64,000 nt of DNA from Balanoglossus misakiensis (taxonomy: Eukaryota > Animalia > Hemichordata), in contig CM082579.2 of NCBI GenBank assembly GCA_040954595.2, forward strand, positions 13,269,834 through 13,333,833, written 5' to 3'. Below are positions 53,901 to 64,000 of this stretch, piece after piece. The number at the start of each line of letters is the position of its first letter. Position 1 is the first letter of the stretch. The notes under the pieces were generated by a model that worked only from the letters and a program-made list of their open reading frames with translations, was not told the origin of the DNA and made no database searches. The translations under genes were made by a program, and so were the position numbers.

Positions 53901-56900
53901 TCTCTGGCCTCTGCCAATTGGCAGAGTCAGCCATCTCGTCTCTGGCCTCTGCCAATTGGCAGAGTCAGCCATCTCGTCTCTGGCCTCTGCCAATTGGCAG
54001 AGTCAGCCATCTCGTCTCTGGCCTCTGCCAATTGGCAGAGTCAGCCATCTTGTCTCTAGCCTCTGCCAATTGGCAGAGTCAGCCATCTCATCTCTGCCAA
54101 TTGGCAGAGTCAGCCATCTCGTCTCTGGCCTCTGCCGATTGGTAGAGTCAGCCATCTTGTCTCTGGCCTCTGCCAATTGGCAGAGTCAGCCATCTTGTCT
54201 CTAGCCTCTGCCAATTGGCAGAGTCAGCCATCTTGTCTCTAGCCTCTGCCAATTGGCAGAGTCAGCCATCTCATCTCTGCCAATTGGCAGAGTCAGCCAT
54301 CTCGTCTCTGGCCTCTGCCGATTGGCAGAGTCAGCCATCTCGTCTCTGGCCTTTGCCAATTGGCAGAGTCAGCCATCTCATCTCTGGCCTCTGCTGATTG
54401 GCGGAGTCAGCCATCTCATCTCTGGCCTCTGCTGATTGGCGGAGTCGGCCATCTTGTCTCTGGCCTCTGCCAATTGGCAGAGTCGGCCATCTCGTCTCTG
54501 GCCTCTGCCGATTGGCAGAGTCGGCCATCTCGTCTCTGGCCTCTGCCGATTGGCAGAGTCGGCCATCTCGTCTCTGGCCTCTGCCGATTGGCAGAGTCGG
54601 CTATCTCGTCTCTGGCCTCTGCCCATTGGCAGAGTCGGCCATCTCGTCTCTGGCCTCTGCCGATTGGCAGAGTCGGCCATCTCGTCTCTGGCCTCTGCCG
54701 ATTGGCAGAGTCGGCCATCTCGTCTCTAGCCTCTGCCAATTGGCAGAGTCAGCCATCTCGTCTCTAGCCTCTGCCAATTGGCAGAGTCAGCCATCTCGTC
54801 TCTAGCCTCTGCCAATTGGCAGAGTCAGCCATCTCAAGTCTGCCAATTGCCAGAGTCAGCTATCTCGTCTCTGGCCTCTGCCGATTGGCAGAGTCAGCCA
54901 TCTTGTCTCTGGCCTCTGCCAATTGGCAGAGTCAGCCATCTTGTCTCTAGCCTCTGCCAATTGGCAGAGTCAGCCATCACCATCTTGTCTCTAGCCTCTG
55001 CCAATTGGCAGAGTCAGCCATCTCATCTCTGCCAATTGGCAGAGTAAGCCATCTCGTCTCTGGCCTCTGCCGATTGGCAGAGTCAGCCATCTTGTCTCTG
55101 GCCTCTACCAATTGGCAGAGTCAGCCATCTTGTCTCTAGCCTCTGCCAATTGGCAGAGTCAGCCATCTTGTCTCTAGCCTCTGCCAATTGGCAGAGTCAG
55201 CCATCTCATCTCTGCCGATTGGCAGAGTCAGCCATCTTGTCTCTGGCCTCTGCCAATTGGCAGAGTCAGCCATCTCGTCTCTGGCCTCTGCCGATTGGCA
55301 GAGTCAGCCATCTCGTCTCTGGCCTCTGCCGATTGGCAGAGTCAGCCATCTCGTCTCTGGCCTCTGCCAATTGGCAGAGTCAGCCATCTTGTCTCTAGCC
55401 TCTGCCAATTGGCAGAGTCAGCCATCTCATCTCTGCCAATTGGCAGAGTCAGCCATCTCGTCTCTGGCCTCTGCCGATTGGCAGAGTCAGCCATCTTGTC
55501 TCTGGCCTCTGCCAATTGGCAGAGTCAGCCATCTTGTCTCTAGCCTCTGCCAATTGGCAGAGTCAGCCATCTTGTCTCTGGCCTCTGCCGATTGGCAGAG
55601 TCAGCCATCTCGTCTCTGGCCTCTGCCGATTGGCAGAGTCAGCCATCTCGTCTCTGGCCTCTGCCAATTGGCAGAGTCAGCCATCTTGTCTCTAGCCTCT
55701 GCCAATTGGCAGAGTCAGCCATCTTGTCTCTGGCCTCTGCCAATTGGCAGAGTCAGCCATCTTGTCTCTGGCCTCTGCCAATTGGCAGAGTCAGCCATCT
55801 TGTCTCTAGCCTCTGCCAATTGGCAGAGTCAGCCATCTTGTCTCTGGCCTCTGCCAATTGGCAGAGTCAGCCATCTTGTCTCTGGCCTCTGCCAATTGGC
55901 AGAGTCAGCCATCTTGTCTCTAGCCTCTGCCAATTGGCAGAGTCAGCCATCTCATCTCTGCCAATTGGCAGAGTCAGCCATCTCGTCTCTGGCCTCTGCC
56001 AATTGGCAGAGTCAGCCATCTCGTCTCTGGCCTCTGCCGATTGGCAGAGCCGGCCATCTCGTCTCTGGCCTCTGCCGATTGGCAGAGTCGGCCATCTCGT
56101 CTCTGGCCTCTGCCGATTGGCAGAGTCGGCCATCTCGTCTCTGGCCTCTGCCGATTGGCAGAGTCAGCCATCTCGTCTCTGGCCTCTGCCGATTGGCAGA
56201 GTCAGCCATCTCGTCTCTGGCCTCTGCCAATTGGCAGAGTCAGCCATCTTGTCTCTAGCCTCTGCCAATTGGCAGAGTCAGCCATCTCATCTCTGCCAAT
56301 TGGCAGAGTCAGCCATCTCGTCTCTGGCCTCTGCCGATTGGCAGAGTCAGCCATCTTGTCTCTGGCCTCTGCCAATTGGCAGAGTCAGCCATCTTGTCTC
56401 TAGCCTCTGCCAATTGGCAGAGTCAGCCATCTTGTCTCTGGCCTCTGCCAATTGGCAGAGTCAGCCATCTTGTCTCTGGCCTCTGCCAATTGGCAGAGTC
56501 AGCCATCTTGTCTCTAGCCTCTGCCAATTGGCAGAGTCAGCCATCTCATCTCTGCCGATTGGCAGAGTCAGCCATCTTGTCTCTGGCCTCTGCCAATTGG
56601 CAGAGTCAGCCATCTTGTCTCTAGCCTCTGCCAATTGGCAGAGTCAGCCATCTTGTCTCTGGCCTCTGCCAATTGGCAGAGTCAGCCATCTTGTCTCTGG
56701 CCTCTGCCAATTGGCAGAGTCAGCCATCTTGTCTCTAGCCTCTGCCAATTGGCAGAGTCAGCCATCTCATCTCTGCCAATTGGCAGAGTCAGCCATCTCG
56801 TCTCTGGCCCCTGCCAATTGGCAGAGTTAGCCATCGCCATCTTGTCTCTAGCCTCTGCCAATTGGCAGAGTCAGCCATCTCGTCTCTGGCCTCTGCCGAT

Positions 56901-59900
56901 TGGCAGAGTAGCCATCTTGTCTCTAGCCTCTGCCAATTGGCAGAGTCAGCCATCTTGTCTCTAGCCTCTGCCAATTGGCAGAGTCAGCCATCTTGTCTCT
57001 GGCCTCTACCAATTGGCAGAGTCAGCCATCTTGTCTCTGGCCTCTGCCAATTGGCAGAGTCAGCCATCTCATCTCTGCCAATTGGCAGAGTCAGCCATCT
57101 CGTCTCTGGCCTCTGCCGATTGGCAGAGTCAGCCATCTTGTCTCTGGCCTCTGCCAATTGGCAGAGTCAGCCATCTTGTCTCTAGCCTCTGCCAATTGGC
57201 AGAGTCAGCCATCTTGTCTCTAGCCTCTGCCAATTGGCAGAGTCAGCCATCTCATCTCTGCCAATTGGCAGAGTCAGCCATCTCGTCTCTGGCCTCTGCC
57301 GATTGGCAGAGTCAGCCATCTCGTCTCTGGCCCCTGCCAATTGGCAGAGTTAGCCATCGCCATCTTGTCACTAGCCTCTGCCAATTGGCAGAGTCAGCCA
57401 TCTCGTCTCTGGCCTCTGCCGATTGGCAGAGTCAGCCATCTTGTCTCTGGCCTCTGCCAATTGGCAGAGTCAGCCATCTTGTCTCTAGCCTCTGCCAATT
57501 GGCAGAGTCAGCCATCTTGTCTCTGGCCTCTGCCAATTGGCAGAGTCAGCCATCTTGTCTCTGGCCTCTGCCAATTGGCAGAGTCAGCCATCTTGTCTCT
57601 AGCCTCTGCCAATTGGCAGAGTCAGCCATCTCATCTCTGCCAATTGGCAGAGTCAGCCATCTCGTCTCTGGCCCCTGCCAATTGGCAGAGTTAGCCATCG
57701 CCATCTTGTCTCTAGCCTCTGCCAATTGGCAGAGTCAGCCATCTCGTCTCTGGCCCCTGCCAATTGGCAGAGTTAGCCATCGCCATCTTGTCTCTAGCCT
57801 CTGCCAATTGGCAGAGTCAGCCATCTCGTCTCTGGCCTCTGCCGATTGGCAGAGTAGCCATCTTGTCTCTAGCCTCTGCCAATTGGCAGAGTCAGCCATC
57901 TCGTCTCTGGCCCCTGCCAATTGGCAGAGTTAGCCATCGCCATCTTGTCTCTAGCCTCTGCCAATTGGCAGAGTCAGCCATCTCGTCTCTGGCCTCTGCC
58001 GATTGGCAGAGTCGGCCATCTCGTCTCTGGCCTCTGCCAATTGGCAGAGTCCGCCATCTCGTCTCTGGCCTCTGCCGATTGGCAGAGCCGGCCATCTCGT
58101 CTCTGGCCTCTGCCAATTGGCAGAGTCCGCCATCTCGTCTCTGGCCTCTGCCGATTGGCAGAGTCGGCCATCTCGTCTCTGGCCTCTGCCGATTGGCAGA
58201 GTCGGCCATCTCGTCTCTGGCCTCTGCCGATTGGCAGAGTCGGCCATCTCGTCTCTGGCCTCAGCCGATTGGCAGAGTCGGCCATCTCGTCTCTAGCCTC
58301 TGCCAATTGGCAGAGTCGGCCATCTCGTCTCTAGCCTCTGCCGATTGGCAGAGTCGGCCATCTCGTCTCTGGCCTCTGCCAATTGGCAGAGTCAGCCATC
58401 TCGTCTCTGGCCTCTGCCAATTGGCAGAGTCAGCCATCTCGTCTCTGGCCTCTGCCAATTGGCAGAGTCAGCCATCTCGTCTCTGGCCTCTGCCAATTGG
58501 CAGAGTCAGCCATCTCGTCTCTGGCCTCTGCCAATTGGCAGAGTCAGCCATCTCGTCTCTAGCCTCTGCCAATTGGCAGAGTCAGCCATCTCATCTCTGC
58601 CAATTGGCAGAGTCAGCCATCTCGTCTCTGGCCTCTGCCGATTGGCAGAGTCAGCCATCTTGTCTCTGGCCTCTGCCAATTGGCAGAGTCAGCCATCTTG
58701 TCTCTGGTCTCTGCCCATTGGCAGAGTCAGCCATCTTGTCTTTGGCCTCTGCCCATTGGCAGAGTCAGCCATCTTGTCTCTGGCCTCTGCCGATTGGCAG
58801 AGTCAGCCATCTCGTCTCTGGCCTCTGCCGATTGGCAGAGTCAGCCATCTTGTCTCTGGCCTCTGCCAATTGGCAGAGTCAGCCATCTTGTCTCTGGCCT
58901 CTGCCAATTGGCAGAGTCAGCCATCTCATCTCTGCCGATTGGCAGAGTCAGCCATCTTGTCTCTCATCTCTGCCAATTGGCAGAGTCAGCCATCTCGTCT
59001 CTGGCCCCTGCCAATTGGCAGAGTTAGCCATCGCCATCTTGTCTCTAGCCTCTGCCAATTGGCAGAGTCAGCCATCTCGTCTCTGGCCTCTGCCGATTGG
59101 CAGAGTCAGCCATCTTGTCTCTGGCCTCTGCCAATTGGCAGAGTCAGCCATCTTGTCTCTAGCCTCTGCCAATTGGCAGAGTCAGCCATCTTGTCTCTGG
59201 CCTCTGCCAATTGGCAGAGTCAGCCATCTTGTCTCTGGCCTCTGCCAATTGGCAGAGTCAGCCATCTTGTCTCTAGCCTCTGCCAATTGGCAGAGTCAGC
59301 CATCTCATCTCTGCCAATTGGCAGAGTCAGCCATCTCGTCTCTGGCCTCTGCCGATTGGCAGAGTCAGCCATCTCATCTCTGGCCTCTGCCAATTGGCAG
59401 AGTCAGCCATCTTGTCTCTGGCCTCTGCCGATTGGCAGAGTCAGCCATCTCGTCTCTGGCCTCTGCCGATTGGCAGAGTCAGCCATCTTGTCTCTGGCCT
59501 CTGCCAATTGGCAGAGTCAGCCATCTCATCTCTGCCAATTGGCAGAGTCAGCCATCTCGTCTCTGGCCTGTGCCGATTGGCAGAGTCAGCCATCTTGTCT
59601 CTGGCCTCTGCCAATTGGCAGAGTCAGCCATCTTGTCTCTAGCCTCTGCCAATTGGCAGAGTCAGCCATCTTGTCTCTAGCCTCTGCCAATTGGCAGAGT
59701 CAGCCATCTCATCTCTGCCAATTGGCAGAGTCAGCCATCTCGTCTCTGGCCTCTGCCGATTGGCAGAGTCAGCCATCTCGTCTCTGGCCCCTGCCAATTG
59801 GCAGAGTTAGCCATCGCCATCTTGTCTCTAGCCTCTGCCAATTGGCAGAGTCAGCCATCTCGTCTCTGGCCTCTGCCGATTGGCAGAGTCAGCCATCTTG

Positions 59901-62900
59901 TCTCTGGCCTTTGCCAATTGGCAGAGTCAGCCATCTTGTCTCTAGCCTCTGCCAATTGGCAGAGTCAGCCATCTTGTCTCTGGCCTCTGCCAATTGGCAG
60001 AGTCAGCCATCTTGTCTCTGGCCTCTGCCAATTGGCAGAGTCAGCCATCTTGTCTCTAGCCTCTGCCAATTGGCAGAGTCAGCCATCTCATCTCTGCCAA
60101 TTGGCAGAGTCAGCCATCTCGTCTCTGGCCTCTGCCGATTGGCAGAGTCAGCCATCTTGTCTCTGGCCTCTGCCAATTGGCAGAGTCAGCCATCTTGTCT
60201 CTAGCCTCTGCCAATTGGCAGAGTCAGCCATCTTGTCTCTGGCCTCTGCCAATTGGCAGAGTCAGCCATCTTGTCTCTGGCCTCTGCCAATTGGCAGAGT
60301 CAGCCATCTTGTCTCTAGCCTCTGCCAATTGGCAGAGTCAGCCATCTCATCTCTGCCAATTGGCAGAGTCAGCCATCTCGTCTCTGGCCCCTGCCAATTG
60401 GCAGAGTTAGCCATCGCCATCTTGTCTCTAGCCTCTGCCAATTGGCAGAGTCAGCCATCTCGTCTCTGGCCTCTGCCGATTGGCAGAGTCAGCCATCTCG
60501 TCTCTGGCCTCTGCCGATTGGCAGAGTCAGCCATCTCATCTCTGGCCTCTGCCAATTGGCAGATTCACCCATCTTGTCTCTGGTCTCTGCCCATTGGCAG
60601 AGTCAGCCATCTTGTCTCTGGCCTCTGCCAATTGGCAGAGTCAGCCATCTTGTCTCTGGCCTCTGCCGATTGGCAGAGTCAGCCATCTCGTCTCTGGCCT
60701 CTGCCGATTGGCAGAGTCAGCCATCTTGTCTCTGGCCTCTGCCAATTGGCAGAGTCAGCCATCTCATCTCTGCCAATTGGCAGAGTCAGCCATCTCGTCT
60801 CTGGCCTCTGCCAATTGGCAGAGTCAGCCATCTAATCTCTGCCAATTGGCAGAGTCAGCCATCTCGTCTCTGCCAATTGGCAGAGTCAGCCATCTCGTCT
60901 CTGGCCTCTGCCAATTGGCAGAGTCAGCCATCTCATCTCTGCCAATTGGCAGAGTCAGCCATCTCGTCTCTGGCCTCTGCCAATTGGCAGAGTCAGCCAT
61001 CTCATCTCTGCCAATTGGCAGAGTCAGCCATCTCATCTCTGCCAATTGGCAGAGTCAGCCATCTCATCTCTGCCAATTGGCAGAGTCAGCCATCTCATCT
61101 CTGCCAATTGGCAGAGTCAGCCATCTCATCTCTGCCAATTGGCAGAGTCAGCCATCTCATCTCTGCCAATTGGCAGAGTCAGCCATCTCATCTCTGCCAA
61201 TTGGCAGAGTCAGCCATCTCATCTCTGCCAATTGGCAGAGTCAGCCATCTCATCTCTGCCAATTGGCAGAGTCAGCCATCTCATCTCTGCCAATTGGCAG
61301 AGTCAGCCATCTCATCTCTGCCAATTGGCAGAGTCAGCCATCTCATCTCTGCCAATTGGCAGAGTCAGCCATCTCATCTCTGCCAATTGGCAGAGTCAGC
61401 CATCTTGTCTCTGGCCTCTGCCAATTGGCAGAGTCAGCCATCTCATCTCTGCCAATTGGCAGAGTCAGCCATCTCGTCTCTGGCCTCTGCCAATTGGCAG
61501 AGTCAGCCATCTCATCTCTGCCAATTGGCAGAGTCAGCCATCTCGTCTCTGGCCTCTGCCGATTGGCAGAGTCAGCCATCTTGTCTCTGGCCTCTGCCAA
61601 TTGGCAGAGTCAGCCATCTCATCTCTGCCAATTGGCAGAGTCAGCCATCTCGTCTCTGGCCTCTGCCGATTGGCAGAGTCAGCCATCTTGTCTCTGGCCT
61701 CTGCCAATTGGCAGAGTCAGCCATCTCATCTCTGCCAATTGGCAGAGTCAGCCATCTTGTCTCTGGCCTCTGCCAATTGGCAGAGTCAGCCATCTAATCT
61801 CTGCCAATTGGCAGAGTCAGCCATCTTGTCTCTGGCCTCTGCCAATTGGCAGAGTCAGCCATCTTGTCTCTAGCCTCTGCCAATTGGCAGAGTCAGCCAT
61901 CTTGTCTCTAGCCTCTGCCAATTGGCAGAGTCAGCCATCTCATCTCTGCCAATTGGCAGAGTCAGCCATCTCGTCTCTGGCCCCTGCCAATTGGCAGAGT
62001 TAGCCATCGCCATCTTGTCTCTAGCCTCTGCCAATTGGCAGAGTCAGCCATCTCGTCTCTGGCCTCTGCCGATTGGCAGAGTCAGCCATCTTGTCTCTGG
62101 CCTCTGCCAATTGGCAGAGTCAGCCATCTTGTCTCTGGCCTCTGCCAATTGGCAGAGTCAGCCATCTTGTCTCTGGCCTCTGCCAATTGGCAGAGTCAGC
62201 CATCTTGTCTCTGGCCTCTGCCAATTGGCAGAGTCAGCCATCTTGTCTCTAGCCTCTGCCAATTGGCAGAGTCAGCCATCTCATCTCTGCCAATTGGCAG
62301 AGTCAGCTATCTCGTCTCTGGCCTCTGCCGATTGGCAGAGTCAGCCATCTTGTCTCTGGCCTCTGCCAATTGGCAGAGTCAGCCATCTTGTCTCTAGCCT
62401 CTGCCAATTGGCAGAGTCAGCCATCTTGTCTCTGGCCTCTGCCAATTGGCAGAGTCAGCCATCTTGTCTCTGGCCTCTGCCAATTGGCAGAGTCAGCCAT
62501 CTTGTCTCTAGCCTCTGCCAATTGGCAGAGTCAGCCATCTCATCTCTGCCAATTGGCAGAGTCAGCCATCTCGTCTCTGGCCCCTGCCAATTGGCAGAGT
62601 TAGCCATCGCCATCTTGTCTCTAGCCTCTGCCAATTGGCAGAGTCAGCCATCTCGTCTCTGGCCTCTGCCGATTGGCAGAGTAGCCATCTTGTCTCTAGC
62701 CTCTGCCAATTGGCAGAGTCAGCCATCTTGTCTCTAGCCTCTGCCAATTGGCAGAGTCAGCCATCTTGTCTCTGGCCTCTACCAATTGGCAGAGTCAGCC
62801 ATCTTGTCTCTGGCCTCTGCCAATTGGCAGAGTCAGTCATCTCATCTCTGCCAATTGGCAGAGTCAGCCATCTCGTCTCTGGCCTCTGCCGATTGGCAGA

Positions 62901-64000
62901 GTCAGCCATCTTGTCTCTGGCCTCTGCCAATTGGCAGAGTCAGCCATCTTGTCTCTAGCCTCTGCCAATTGGCAGAGTCAGCCATCTTGTCTCTAGCCTC
63001 TGCCAATTGGCAGAGTCAGCCATCTCATCTCTGCCAATTGGCAGAGTCAGCCATCTCGTCTCTGGCCTCTGCCGATTGGCAGAGTCAGCCATCTCGTCTC
63101 TGGCCCCTGCCAATTGGCAGAGTTAGCCATCGCCATCTTGTCACTAGCCTCTGCCAATTGGCAGAGTCAGCCATCTCGTCTCTGGCATCTGCCGATTGGC
63201 AGAGTCAGCCATCTTGTCTCTGGCCTCTGCCAATTGGCAGAGTCAGCCATCTTGTCTCTAGCCTCTGCCAATTGGCAGAGTCAGCCATCTTGTCTCTGGC
63301 CTCTGCCAATTGGCAGAGTCAGCCATCTTGTCTCTGGCCTCTGCCAATTGGCAGAGTCAGCCATCTTGTCTCTAGCCTCTGCCAATTGGCAGAGTCAGCC
63401 ATCTCATCTCTGCCAATTGGCAGAGTCAGCCATCTCGTCTCTGGCCTCTGCCGATTGGCAGAGTCAGCCATCTTGTCTCTGGCCTCTGCCAATTGGCAGA
63501 GTCAGCCATCTCATCTCTGCCAATTGGCAGAGTCAGCCATCTCGTCTCTGGCCCCTGCCAATTGGCAGAGTTAGCCATCGCCATCTTGTCTCTAGCCTCT
63601 GCCAATTGGCAGAGTCAGCCATCTCGTCTCTGGCCTCTGCCGATTGGCAGAGTCAGCCATCTTGTCTCTAGCCTCTGCCAATTGGCAGAGTCAGCCATCT
63701 TGTCTCTGGCCTCTGCCAATTGGCAGAGTCAGCCATCTCGTCTCTGGCCTCTGCCGATTGGCAGAGTCAGCCATCTTGTCTCTGGCCTCTGCCAATTGGC
63801 AGAGTCAGCCATCTTGTCTCTAGCCTCTGCCAATTGGCAGAGTCAGCCATCTTGTCTCTGGCCACTGCCAATTGGCAGAGTCAGCCATCTTGTCTCTGGC
63901 CTCTGCCAATTGGCAGAGTCAGCCATCTTGTCTCTAGCCTCTGCCAATTGGCAGAGTCAGCCATCTCATCTCTGCCAATTGGCAGAGTCAGCCATCTCGT
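44924..64000. repeat. 38-bp palindrome-containing satellite (~500 monomers; runs off the right edge), with 31-bp and 44-bp variants
   Basis: Consensus CTCTGCC(A/G)ATTGGCAGAGTC(A/G)GCCATCT(C/T)GTCTCT(G/A)GC. The 31-mer is CTCTGCCAATTGGCAGAGTCAGCCATCTCAT, and the 44-mer has a duplicated CCATC(A/G). Confidence 0.99.

Noticed and set aside
44911-63671. Many overlapping ORFs (MAESAISSLASADWQ…) in the right-hand array
   Set aside because: They are translations of a 38-bp repeat that cycles through all frames. Stops and indels are polymorphic and there are no protein-like features.
43390-64000. CRISPR-like array (palindromic repeats at regular spacing)
   Set aside because: The spacers are near-identical rather than unique, there are no cas genes, and the context is eukaryotic.

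Overview
This is eukaryotic, probably animal, heterochromatin-like DNA; the spliced gene, TATA/Inr promoter and CpG-decay signature support that. Two large satellites flank a ~20 kb island. On the left is a 90-bp satellite (1-~24.5 kb) with layered variants and irregular higher-order blocks. Its edge has been re-amplified with 1.46 kb of flanking DNA as a 2,850-bp macro-repeat (~24.6-31.9 kb). On the right is a 38-bp satellite (44.9-64 kb) built on the 18-bp palindrome CTCTGCCAATTGGCAGAG. The island carries, on the minus strand, a 5'-truncated, frameshifted Helentron-type Pif1 helicase plus APE endonuclease (40.6-43.1 kb). Downstream of it lies a hand-assembled 7-exon gene for a ~275-aa tandem OB-fold (RPA/SSB-like) protein with its own TATA/Inr/CCAAT promoter; one splice junction is 1 nt out of phase. 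A 37-bp mini-array at 43.4-43.65 kb carries the same palindrome core in inverted orientation to the 38-bp satellite, suggesting the satellite grew from an element's subterminal repeats. Nearly all ORFs in the supplied track are by-products of the satellites. All calls were made by eye, with no database searches.
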